Shown here: piece after piece, positions 51,239-61,174 of the stretch | Layout of the letters: the number at the start of each line of letters is the position of its first letter | Position numbering within the stretch: the first letter of the stretch is position 1 | Assembly (NCBI GenBank): GCA_963662465.1 | Contig: OY759599.1 | Location: 1,216,001-1,280,000, forward strand | Source of the DNA: Desulfatiglandales bacterium | Lineage (GTDB): Bacteria > Desulfobacterota > DSM-4660 > Desulfatiglandales > Desulfatiglandaceae | Direction: 5' to 3' | Length of the DNA stretch: 64,000 nt | Made by a program: the position numbers and the translations under genes | The notes under the pieces: model-generated | The model's database searches: none | What the model was told of the DNA's origin: nothing | The model's input: only the letters and a program-made list of their open reading frames with translations

Positions 51239-54200
51239 GTCAGAACCATTGCCCCGCTTCGAGGGGATTGAGACAACAGCGCAGCATATCTTTCTTTCAC
51301 TTTCATGATAAAGTCAGAACCATTGCCCCGCTTCGAGGGGATTGAGACTTTCGATCGTTTCGATTATCTGTTCTTCGCTTGTGAGGTCAGAACCATTGCC
51401 CCGCTTCGAGGGGATTGAGACAGAGCGTTTCCGGAAAAGGATTCATGTCCGTATGTATGTCAGAACCATTGCCCCGCTTCGAGGGGATTGAGACTTCACA
51501 ACCGACCCAGCCATCGTCAACCGCAAGGCCGAGAGTCAGAACCATTGCCCCGCTTCGAGGGGATTGAGACAATCCTCCTCGTAATTTTCTTTAGCTCCTT
51601 CGGCTTCCCGTCAGAACCATTGCCCCGCTTCGAGGGGATTGAGACTTCACCTGTAGAGTCTTCGTACTCTTCCAGGTAGTCGAGTCAGAACCATTGCCCC
51701 GCTTCGAGGGGATTGAGACTTGTACTACATTTCTCTCATACCCTGTTCGTACGCATCGTCAGAACCATTGCCCCGCTTCGAGGGGATTGAGACTTTCCAG
51801 GTACTCGAAATTTTTATGACCGCAGGTGGGTCAGAACCATTGCCCCGCTTCGAGGGGATTGAGACGAGACATAGTTTGTTTCTGTTAGTTGCATGATTTC
51901 CGTCAGAACCATTGCCCCGCTTCGAGGGGATTGAGACAGATTTAAGAGGTGTGGCGGGCAGGATCGCAGTATGGTCAGAACCATTGCCCCGCTTCGAGGG
52001 GATTGAGACGTCCATATCTCATCAACTATCGGACCTAAAAAATTTTGGTCAGAACCATTGCCCCGCTTCGAGGGGATTGAGACTCCGCCCAGCGTGCATA
52101 GCCGATGAAACAATTGCGCGGGTCAGAACCATTGCCCCGCTTCGAGGGGATTGAGACTTTGATAACTTTCAACACGGTGTACGACAACCGTCCCTGTCAG
52201 AACCATTGCCCCGCTTCGAGGGGATTGAGACTCAACATTCCACCAGGGGCTTTTACACTTCGGGCAAACGTCAGAACCATTGCCCCGCTTCGAGGGGATT
52301 GAGACATACCTGCGTTTCGTCTAATTGTAGAAATCGCCATATGGGTCAGAACCATTGCCCCGCTTCGAGGGGATTGAGACTTACAAACAAGTTTTCATTC
52401 TGAGAGTCTGAATTGACAGTCAGAACCATTGCCCCGCTTCGAGGGGATTGAGACTCCATAGCTTGCTAGCTCCTTTTCGTTCGCTTAGCAGGGTCAGAAC
52501 CATTGCCCCGCTTCGAGGGGATTGAGACATAGGTGTTTATATCGTCGCTGATTATTTTGTAGTGTTTGTCAGAACCATTGCCCCGCTTCGAGGGGATTGA
52601 GACTAACCTTCAGAGGTTTCTTTTCTTTTTCCATTGCGTCGTCAGAACCATTGCCCCGCTTCGAGGGGATTGAGACTGTTCACCCTCAATGATGGCTCCA
52701 CAACCCTTTGTATCGGTCAGAACCATTGCCCCGCTTCGAGGGGATTGAGACTGTCATACCGATTTTTACTGCCGCTTTCATTGGTAAAAGTCAGAACCAT
52801 TGCCCCGCTTCGAGGGGATTGAGACATCTTCAAATTTTCGCCAGCTTTTTTCGGATGATGGGTCAGAACCATTGCCCCGCTTCGAGGGGATTGAGACTCT
52901 CAAGCTTCGGATCATAACAGCAGTCGTCAAAACTAGGTCAGAACCATTGCCCCGCTTCGAGGGGATTGAGACGTATTGCTCGCCAGGCGACGGTCGTACA
53001 CTTAGCATGTCAGAACCATTGCCCCGCTTCGAGGGGATTGAGACTCCTCGAAACTTTCGCCCTTGATGAAAGAGAATTCAGGTCAGAACCATTGCCCCGC
53101 TTCGAGGGGATTGAGACCGACCTTTTTATCCGAGCGCCATCGCTGGGCGTGTTCGTCAGAACCATTGCCCCGCTTCGAGGGGATTGAGACCTACCAGCGT
53201 ATTCTCCCGTTTAATTGCCATTAGCTAGTCAGAACCATTGCCCCGCTTCGAGGGGATTGAGACTTTGAAACATTGTAATCACCATACAACATACATTGCT
53301 AGTCAGAACCATTGCCCCGCTTCGAGGGGATTGAGACTTCCCTATTTCAATGGGGTGCTGGTCAATGAGACCCTCGTCAGAACCATTGCCCCGCTTCGAG
53401 GGGATTGAGACTTTGTTGCTAAACTGGCTTTCTCTAGCATGGCTTGCGTCAGAACCATTGCCCCGCTTCGAGGGGATTGAGACTTATCGGCTAAGGTTAC
53501 TATCTTGGCCAACATATCTGGTCAGAACCATTGCCCCGCTTCGAGGGGATTGAGACTTTAGTTTGAATCCCATCTGCTGGGCAATCAGCTGTGTCAGAAC
53601 CATTGCCCCGCTTCGAGGGGATTGAGACGAATAGGCATGTGGGTTGTTTTGCTATTATATGATGCGTCAGAACCATTGCCCCGCTTCGAGGGGATTGAGA
53701 CTAAAACCGCCGATGGTTCCACAAGGGACCGATTCCGTAGGTCAGAACCATTGCCCCGCTTCGAGGGGATTGAGACCGTACGTATCTATAATTGTTTCAA
53801 TTTCATTCAATAAGTCAGAACCATTGCCCCGCTTCGAGGGGATTGAGACTAGAAGTAGCAAGTTTCTCCCTCGCAAATTCCGTCTTGTCAGAACCATTGC
53901 CCCGCTTCGAGGGGATTGAGACTCCGGAAATACTCTCATGACCGTACGTATCTATAATCGGTCAGAACCATTGCCCCGCTTCGAGGGGATTGAGACTTTT
54001 CAAGTTTCTTTCACAATCTTCCAATTTGTTAAGTCAGAACCATTGCCCCGCTTCGAGGGGATTGAGACCAAACGGTTTCGAGCCTCGATACGGGCTTCGA
54101 GCATACCCCGGTCAGAACCATTGCCCCGCTTCGAGGGGATTGAGACATTAAATTCTTTTGTCATACCTGCTATCTGATTATTGTCAGAACCATTGCCCCG

Positions 54201-54960
54201 CTTCGAGGGGATTGAGACTTGGCCGGCGGTCAACCCTAATTCAACAGCTTTTTTCGTCAGAACCATTGCCCCGCTTCGAGGGGATTGAGACACACAAGAT
54301 TATCGCTTCGATTGTTCCTGGGGTTTCCAGTCAGAACCATTGCCCCGCTTCGAGGGGATTGAGACTTTACAATACCTGCAAAATCTTTTTTTCATTTATC
54401 TTGTCAGAACCATTGCCCCGCTTCGAGGGGATTGAGACTGTACCAATTCCATAATTTACGCCTTTGTGGTTTTCCATGAGTCAGAACCATTGCCCCGCTT
54501 CGAGGGGATTGAGACCTGGCAAATCCTTTTGAGCCCAATAACTTCCGGCACAAGTCAGAACCATTGCCCCGCTTCGAGGGGATTGAGACATGAAATCATC
54601 ATAAAGCTGCGGTCCTTTTACCGCGACGTCAGAACCATTGCCCCGCTTCGAGGGGATTGAGACTGATGCTGTCCTGCCGTTAGCCCCATTTCAAGGGCTT
54701 GTCAGAACCATTGCCCCGCTTCGAGGGGATTGAGACTTCCTACGTGCCCAACCATGGGCCGCTGTTACGATATGTCAGAACCATTGCCCCGCTTCGAGGG
54801 GATTGAGACATCACTCTCTTTTCATCGTTCATTACTTTCCCCTTGTATTAGTCAGAACCATTGCCCCGCTTCGAGGGGATTGAGACTATATCATCTTCAC
54901 ATGCGCAACTGAACTAATTGGCAAGTCAGAACCATCGCCCCGCTTCGAGGGGATTATCGT
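51239..54960 (+). CRISPR. CRISPR array, 51 repeats and 50 spacers, probably type III
   Basis: 36-nt repeat GTCAGAACCATTGCCCCGCTTCGAGGGGATTGAGAC counted by hand; spacers 36-42 nt; last repeat (54925) degenerate. Confidence 0.98.
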
Positions 54961-55178
54961 ATTTTCGTGATGAACAGGACCTGCAATATTAATGATGTAC
55001 AAAGATATTCCGCTGGGATAGAATGCGAGGATGAAGATGAATGAATTGTTCTATTTGGCATCTCCCTGAGCAATTAAATGCTGGTTTTTTTTGGCTTGGG
55101 TGTATTTTTCCGCCAAATGCATTGTCTTTTAAGATTGACTGTAGATCGGATTCAATTTTTGCCATTCTGAGGGTTTAC

Positions 55179-55565
55179 GTGAAAAAAGGAGCCGAATACT
55201 GGCTTGATATTGCTGAATATGATTTGGAAACAGCTCGGGTCATGTTGCGGGGAAAGCGATTTTTGTATGTGGGATTTATGTGCCACCAGGTTGTTGAAAA
55301 AGTCTTCAAGGGACATTACGCTTCCAAGCATGATGACAACCCTCCCTTTACGCATAATCTAAGAATCCTTGCTCTGAAAAGTGGACTATTCGAAGAAATG
55401 GATGAAAACCAGAAGCGTTTTGTTGAACTGCTCGGCCCTCTGAATATCGAAGCAAGATATCCGACCTACAAGGAAAAAATTTTAAAATCTCTCACGACGA
55501 AAAGATGCAGGGACATTTTGAAGAAGACAGAGGACATGTTTTCATGGGCAAAAAACAAATTTTAG
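55179..55565 (+). CDS. HEPN domain protein
   Basis: WLDIAEYDLETA, FMCHQVVEKVFKG, PPFTHNL, IEARYP; probable GTG start. Confidence 0.88.
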   Translation: MKKGAEYWLDIAEYDLETARVMLRGKRFLYVGFMCHQVVEKVFKGHYASKHDDNPPFTHNLRILALKSGLFEEMDENQKRFVELLGPLNIEARYPTYKEKILKSLTTKRCRDILKKTEDMFSWAKNKF

Positions 55566-55864
55566 AAATTGTAAGAGACTATGCGGAAGTGGTGAAAGGC
55601 ATCTTTCCTGTTAGAAAAATTATACTTTATGGGTCCCAGGCCAGGAAAACGGCATCGGAAGATAGCGATATCGATGTGGCGGTTGTTCTGGATTCCCTTG
55701 AGGAAGACTACCTTACAACCGGGGCGATGTTGTTTACGTTAAGCAGAGATATTGACCTGAGGATAGAACCGGTTCTAGTAGAAACTGGGGAGGATGTAAC
55801 CGGTTTTCTGGATGAGATTATCAAAACCGGCGAAATTGTATACAGCGTTGATGAAAGCCTGTAA
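55544..55864 (+). CDS. Minimal nucleotidyltransferase (MNT)
   Basis: IILYGSQARK..SEDSDIDVAVV; overlaps the HEPN gene. Confidence 0.88.
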   Translation: MGKKQILEIVRDYAEVVKGIFPVRKIILYGSQARKTASEDSDIDVAVVLDSLEEDYLTTGAMLFTLSRDIDLRIEPVLVETGEDVTGFLDEIIKTGEIVYSVDESL

Positions 55865-56091
55865 GGGCACGGCGCGTCGTGCCCTTAGGGTGCAATAGAA
55901 AAAAGTTTCATAGAACAAAACGTGATCATTTCCATACCACAATCACAGGACCGCCAGCCGGCTGGCATACAGGTCTCGTACAACAATAACAATCACCGGA
56001 CCAAACCGGGCAGACACACAGGTCTGCCCCTACTTACCCCCCACCTTTTGATTCACGATATGCCCGTAGGGGCGGACCTATGTGTCCGCCC
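55861..56091. repeat. REP-like palindromes
   Basis: GTAAGGGCACGGCGCGTCGTGCCCTTA (55861); inverted pair GGGCAGACACACAGGTCTGCCCCTAC (~56008) and GTAGGGGCGGACCTATGTGTCCGCCC (~56066). Confidence 0.7.
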
Positions 56092-56143
56092 TTTATGCCT
56101 GCCTGCATCACTTTAAAGATTTTAAACCCCACAAACGATTTTT

Positions 56144-56172
56144 TTTTGAACATTCCTCCCACATGGCCGTAA
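56144..56172 (+). promoter_or_regulatory. ECF-type promoter motif, site C
   Basis: TTTTGAA-N15-GCCGTAA, 83 nt before the TPR gene start. Confidence 0.75.
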
Positions 56173-56255
56173 CACAAAGACATAAGCGTTCCCTGTCATT
56201 GTTTGCAACGGGAACGATGGGTCCAGCACAGCAGCCAACGGGAGGAGGAAAGACC

Positions 56256-57611
56256 ATGCCGGCTCAATTACAGGAAGCATTGAAACAGGCGGTGGGAAAC
56301 CAGACGTTTCCCAAAGGGCAAGAGAACGTCGATAATGACGCGTTCTTTTCCATGGACGATCTCGTGCCAGTCAAAAAGGATGCCGCAAAGCGGAGTCTTA
56401 AACGGGTTCTTTTAGAGATGGAAGAATTGATCCGTGAAAAGAAATGGGAAGACGCGGCGGCGCTTTTTTACCCAATCGAGGAAAAACAGCCGGAACTTCT
56501 GGCTCACGGCATGGATATTCCCGTGCGGGCTAAGGCGGCCTTTGCCCTGGGACAGTTGAATCGGTACGACGCGGCCATTGCGGAGCTGATGTTGTGCGTC
56601 AAAGGGGAACCTGAAAATTTTTACCATCACAGTTCCCTGGCTTATACGGCCTATAGTTCCCTTTTCGCCGCCCAGAAACGGGAAATTTTTCTGAGCGGCA
56701 AGATCCGGGCCGAGCGAATCGAATTGGCCCATCGGCATTTCAGACGGTCCCAGGAATTGCGGCCCACGGGGGTTACCAACTTCTACCGGGAAGGGATGCT
56801 CTACCAGAAGATCGAGGGCAAATCGGAAAAGGCCCGGCCGTTTTTTCAAAATGCCGTTTCCTGCTGGGAGCATCTGTCCGCAGAAGAGCAAAAGGCTAGA
56901 GCGCAGGAACGGAAGAATTATGTGAAATCCCTATACAGGCTTTCCGGCGTTCTCCTGGAAAAAGGGGATGGGGCCGGCGCTCTCAGAACCATGAACCGCT
57001 GCCTGTCGGAAGATGAAAAGAGCGGGTATCTGTCCCTGGTGTTCAAGTATTTCGCCTATGGCAAGATCAACCATTATTTGAACCGATTCGACAAGGCCAG
57101 GGATGCCCTTCTGTTTGCCCTTCAGAGTGGAACGGGCGGGAATCATGATTTTGTGAATGAATTGCTTTCCCGCACCTATCTCGCTTTGGGCAATCCACAG
57201 CGGGCACTGGAAGTGATTCTCAAAATCCCTGAAAATCGCCGCAGGCCCTATTGCCGGTGGACGGAAGCGGATGTGTTGTGCGCACTGAAACGATATGACC
57301 AGGCCAGGGCGGCCCTGCTCAAAAGCGGGGAACGGGACACCCGATCCCGGCATAAAAGCTTGATGCGGCTGGTAAAGATCGAGTATGCGGAAAATCATTT
57401 TGACAAGGCCCGGTCTTATGCCGCCGAAGCGGATCGGTTTTTCAAGGAGAAATGGGGCAACCATTTTCTGGAGGGACTCTTTTGGCAGGCTGTATGCGCC
57501 TATCGGCAGGGAAATAATGACGAGGCACTGGCCCTGGCCGGGGAGTTAAAAGCGCTGAAATCCGATTATCCAAAGCTGGATGTACTGTTGAAGAGGCTTG
57601 AGGGGTGTTGA
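56256..57611 (+). CDS. Tetratricopeptide repeat protein
   Basis: Repeated TPR helices (AFALGQLNRYDAAIAEL; LSRTYLALGNPQRALEVI); ATG 56256 behind GGAGGAGG. Confidence 0.85.
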   Translation: MPAQLQEALKQAVGNQTFPKGQENVDNDAFFSMDDLVPVKKDAAKRSLKRVLLEMEELIREKKWEDAAALFYPIEEKQPELLAHGMDIPVRAKAAFALGQLNRYDAAIAELMLCVKGEPENFYHHSSLAYTAYSSLFAAQKREIFLSGKIRAERIELAHRHFRRSQELRPTGVTNFYREGMLYQKIEGKSEKARPFFQNAVSCWEHLSAEEQKARAQERKNYVKSLYRLSGVLLEKGDGAGALRTMNRCLSEDEKSGYLSLVFKYFAYGKINHYLNRFDKARDALLFALQSGTGGNHDFVNELLSRTYLALGNPQRALEVILKIPENRRRPYCRWTEADVLCALKRYDQARAALLKSGERDTRSRHKSLMRLVKIEYAENHFDKARSYAAEADRFFKEKWGNHFLEGLFWQAVCAYRQGNNDEALALAGELKALKSDYPKLDVLLKRLEGC

Positions 57612-57617
57612 TGGGGA

Positions 57618-57962
57618 TCACGATAAGTTCAGACTCAGCTTGATGGCCCGGTCGACTTCCGCCATTTTCGATGTCGGAAGTCGACCGATCCGTTTCTCGA
57701 GTCTTTCCTTTGCGACCGTTATGATCTGACTGGTCTTTACCATGGAGGGGAACTGCAAACCGCCTTCAGGAGGCGCTAACAGAACGTTCATGGGATACAT
57801 TTTTACGGTTTTGGAAACAGCTGCAACAATGGTGGTCGGCGCCTTTTGATTTCCGATATCATTTTGAATCACCAACGCTGGTCGTCGCCCCGCCTGCTCG
57901 CTGCCGCGCGACGGGTTCCAGTTAACCATCCAGATTTCACCCCGCTTTGGCGTCGGATTCAC
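57618..57962 (-). CDS. mazF: PemK/MazF toxin
   Basis: RGEIWMVNWNPSRGSEQAGRRPALVIQND. Confidence 0.92.
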   Translation of the reverse strand: MNPTPKRGEIWMVNWNPSRGSEQAGRRPALVIQNDIGNQKAPTTIVAAVSKTVKMYPMNVLLAPPEGGLQFPSMVKTSQIITVAKERLEKRIGRLPTSKMAEVDRAIKLSLNLS

Positions 57963-58192
57963 AACAGTACCTCCCTCTGTGCTTCAAGGGTTAACTCAGC
58001 AAATTCCCTGTCCTCTTCCCACATTTCTTCATATCCCTTCGCCATTAAGGCGTCGGTTTCTTTCTTCAGCCATAGGTCAAAAGCCATTTGTGCAATCTGA
58101 CTTTTTGGCATTTTGCCGGATTGGGCCGCTGCTTCGATAGCCTCATAAGTGTGCTTGTTTATACTGAGACTCAGTTTGCATTTAGTGGGCAT
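57959..58192 (-). CDS. RHH antitoxin (MazE/EndoAI-like)
   Basis: KLSLSI...KSQI...LMAKGYEEMWEEDREFAE; overlaps the toxin start; AAGGAGG RBS. Confidence 0.8.
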   Translation of the reverse strand: MPTKCKLSLSINKHTYEAIEAAAQSGKMPKSQIAQMAFDLWLKKETDALMAKGYEEMWEEDREFAELTLEAQREVLL

Positions 58193-58327
58193 AAACAATC
58201 CTCCTTTTTAGTAGTATGGTAGGTAGTATGATGGAGCACGAGATTGCTGAAGTCAAGGATATTACGCCTCGGATTTTCCTCAAAAAAATAGTCTGCATCC
58301 ATGAATCCGGGTTAATTCCAATAATTT

Positions 58328-58356
58328 TTTTGAAAATTTTTTATCCATGGCCGTAA
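58328..58356 (+). promoter_or_regulatory. ECF-type promoter motif, site D (cas1 promoter)
   Basis: TTTTGAA-N15-GCCGTAA, 42 nt before the cas1 ATG. Confidence 0.78.
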
Positions 58357-58398
58357 CGGAAATTAAAGGCCAAACCCGTAAAGAAATGGAGGGTTTTT

Positions 58399-59445
58399 AT
58401 GGAAGCGGTATACGTACTCGAACCGGGCAGCTACATCCGACGGGAGGGCATGAGCCTCAAGGTGGTCAAGGACGGCAAGGTCCTGGAGCAGATCCCGGCG
58501 GATGGACTCAAACGGTTGATGTTGGTGGGGTATGTGTCCCTGACGGGCAGCGTGTTGGATTTTCTGATCCGCAACCGGGTGGAAACCGTTTTCATGACCC
58601 CCACCGGGCGGTTTCGCGCGAGACTCACCCTGGACGAACAGGGGCATGTGGAACGGCGCCGAACCCAGTATCTTCAATTGAGCCGCAAGGCATTTGCTCT
58701 GGAAACGGCACGCATGGTGGTTCGGGGGAAAATCAGAAATATGCTTCGATTCACCCTGTTGCGAGCCCGGCAGTACGGCGATGAGGCACTGAAAATTGCC
58801 GCTGTGCGCCTCAACAGCGCATCGGCCCACCTGGACGACATCAAGGAGATGGAGGGGTTGCGGGGGGTGGAGGGGGCCGCCACCCGGGCCTACTTCGGAG
58901 GGTTCAATCACCTGCTTCGAAACGAGACGTTTATCTTTAAAGGACGGAATCGAAGGCCGCCCCTGGACCCTGTCAATGCCCTCCTTTCCTTTGTTTACAC
59001 CCTGCTGACCAATGAAGTCCTCTCCGCCGTTCAGGCCGGCGGCCTGGACCCTTATCTCGGGGCCCTTCATGAACCGCTCCCGGGAAGGCCGTCCCTGGCC
59101 TGCGACCTGGTGGAGGAATACCGCACATTTTTGGGGGACCGGCTGGTGCTGGGCCTGATCAATCGGAAGGTCATCGGGAAGGACGATTTTGTTTACGGCA
59201 AAAAGCCGCCCAAGGTCTTTGTGGATGAAGAAGACCTGAAGCGAAAGCGGCCCGTTCTCATGAAGCCCGCCATCTGCCGGGCCTTTATTCAGGCCTATGA
59301 AGAGATGATGAAACGGGATGTTTACTATCCCCCCCTGGACAAAAAAATCACCTACCGGTGGTTGATCCTCCAGCAGGCCAGACGATTCGGCGGTTACCTG
59401 AAGGAACCGGAAAAGAAATACCTCCCCTTTACGTGGGATTCCTGA
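58399..59445 (+). CDS. cas1: CRISPR integrase Cas1
   Basis: LRGVEGAATRAYF, RNRRPPLDPVNALLSFVY, GLDPYLGALH, SLACDLVEEYR. Confidence 0.97.
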   Translation: MEAVYVLEPGSYIRREGMSLKVVKDGKVLEQIPADGLKRLMLVGYVSLTGSVLDFLIRNRVETVFMTPTGRFRARLTLDEQGHVERRRTQYLQLSRKAFALETARMVVRGKIRNMLRFTLLRARQYGDEALKIAAVRLNSASAHLDDIKEMEGLRGVEGAATRAYFGGFNHLLRNETFIFKGRNRRPPLDPVNALLSFVYTLLTNEVLSAVQAGGLDPYLGALHEPLPGRPSLACDLVEEYRTFLGDRLVLGLINRKVIGKDDFVYGKKPPKVFVDEEDLKRKRPVLMKPAICRAFIQAYEEMMKRDVYYPPLDKKITYRWLILQQARRFGGYLKEPEKKYLPFTWDS

Positions 59446-59447
59446 AC

Positions 59448-59726
59448 ATGTTCTGCCTGGTCTGTTTTGACATTGTGGACGACCCCGCAAGGGCCCGGGT
59501 GGTGAAGGTCCTCAAAAGCCACGGTCAGCGGGTGCAGAAATCCGTGTTCGAATGTTCGTCTTTGGGGGAGGAAAAATTCCTGAAAATGAAAAACCGCATC
59601 GAAGACCTCATCGACAACGCCGAGGACACGGTTCGCTATTATTTTCTGTGCAAGGGGTGCCTGGATCGAATGGAGTATTCCGGGGTGGGCAGTCCCCCGG
59701 ACCGGGAAACGTACCGGGTGGTGTAG
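59448..59726 (+). CDS. cas2: CRISPR-associated Cas2
   Basis: LVCFDIVDDPARARVVKVLKSHGQRVQKSVFEC. Confidence 0.95.
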   Translation: MFCLVCFDIVDDPARARVVKVLKSHGQRVQKSVFECSSLGEEKFLKMKNRIEDLIDNAEDTVRYYFLCKGCLDRMEYSGVGSPPDRETYRVV

Positions 59727-59763
59727 GGTTTTAAGTTTTAAGTTTTAAGTTTTAAGTTTTAAG
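59727..59763. repeat. Heptamer repeat (TTTTAAG) x5
   Basis: Starts right after the cas2 stop; inverted counterpart at 63897-63926. Confidence 0.85.
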
Positions 59764-59936
59764 AAAAAAAGATGACTACAGGCTAATATACGGTGAAGTT
59801 GCTGACGCGAAACACCGAGTCGCCTCGCTGATTCACTGACCGACAGACCAATATTTTTCAGCATATCTTCACGCAAAATCTCACCGGGGTGTACGGGTGG
59901 TCTTTTTAACGGGCGTTTTACTAGATATTCTTCCAT
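59745..59936 (-). pseudogene. Truncated HigA-family antitoxin
   Basis: RPPVHPGEILREDML..GLSVSESARRLGVSRQQLHRIL, then runs into the heptamer repeat. Confidence 0.8.
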
Positions 59937-60103
59937 GGATTTACTCTTGACCCACAGGTTCATTTGCTCTATGCTCGCCGCTGAAAAAGGCAATGTTTTA
60001 TCATCAAAAACAGCATGCCATGATGCATGGTTGGGGAAGTTATTGCGGACGCGTTCCTTACCGCCCGCGGCAGGATAGGCAGGATCGATCATCAGGAGAA
60101 AAC

Positions 60104-61174
60104 ATGTTTAAAAAAATCAAACCGGTGTCCATTACCGTTCTGTTTGCGTCTGCGCTGCTGATTTTTCTGGTCGCAATCGTATCGATGCCCCAAAACACAG
60201 CAGCAGCCCCCCGAACCATCAGAGACATGGTCGGCCGGCAGGTCACCCTCCCTGCCAAGGTCAACCGAATCGTCGCTACATTTAAACCGGTGACCCTGTG
60301 CATTCTGTCCTTGGGACTTCAGGACAAAATCGTCGGCATCGATTCCCATTCCAAAAGGGACCGCATGACCCTGGCCGTCTTCCCGAAAGCCGCTACAGTC
60401 AAAGGCGTGGGCACCAAGTCCGCAGGGCTTAACTATGAAACCATCGTTTCTTTAAAGCCGGATCTGGTTGTGCTGTACGCCCAGAAAGACGGACGCGTGC
60501 TGGCCGACCGCCTGACAGGCATGGGGATTCCTGCCGTCATTATTTTGCCGGAAAGCTTTGACAGCGTTAAAGAATCCCTTGCCGTTATCGCACGGGCCAT
60601 CGGAGAACCGGAAAAAGCAAAACGGGTTGAAGAAGCCATGGATGAATTGCTTGATCAGGTGGCCGACAAGATCCGGAGCATTCCCCCGGCCCAGCGAAAA
60701 ACCGGATATTTTGCATCCCCCAGGGGCCTTTTCAGCACCGCAGCTGGGAATATGCTTCAGGATGATATCCTGGCACGGGCCGGGGTCGACAATGTGGCCC
60801 ATGAACTGCGCGGTTATTTTCAGGATGTTTCCCCGGAGCAGTTCATTGCCTGGAATCCGGATATCGTCATCCTGTCCCGAAACCTCGGCCGGCGAACTTT
60901 CAAACGGCTGAGCGATCCGGAATTGAGCCAGGTCCGCGGCATCCGGACGAAGGCGGTCTACCGTTTTCCCTGCAACATTGCCCCCTGGGATTTTCCTTCC
61001 CCGCTTTCGGCTCTCGGAACCCTCTGGGTGGCGCAAAAAGCCTATCCCGATCTCTTCGCTGACACGGACATGACGGAACAGAGCGACCGGTTCCATCAAA
61101 AGCTCTTCGGCAAAACCTTTACGGAGATGGGCGGGGTCCTCAACGATGCCGTTTACCAGGAACAGGACCCTTGA
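60104..61174 (+). CDS. Fe-siderophore/cobalamin-type ABC substrate-binding protein
   Basis: TIRDMVGRQVTLP..NRIV, NYETIVSLKPDLV, VSPEQFIAWNPD; start ATG 60104. Confidence 0.88.
   Translation: MFKKIKPVSITVLFASALLIFLVAIVSMPQNTAAAPRTIRDMVGRQVTLPAKVNRIVATFKPVTLCILSLGLQDKIVGIDSHSKRDRMTLAVFPKAATVKGVGTKSAGLNYETIVSLKPDLVVLYAQKDGRVLADRLTGMGIPAVIILPESFDSVKESLAVIARAIGEPEKAKRVEEAMDELLDQVADKIRSIPPAQRKTGYFASPRGLFSTAAGNMLQDDILARAGVDNVAHELRGYFQDVSPEQFIAWNPDIVILSRNLGRRTFKRLSDPELSQVRGIRTKAVYRFPCNIAPWDFPSPLSALGTLWVAQKAYPDLFADTDMTEQSDRFHQKLFGKTFTEMGGVLNDAVYQEQDP

Noticed and set aside
51387..54912. Many short ORFs containing SEPLPRFEGIET or VSIPSKRGNGSD
   Set aside because: Translations of CRISPR repeats.
51275..54924. 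Self-targeting spacers
   Set aside because: None noticed by eye, but not excluded without an alignment.
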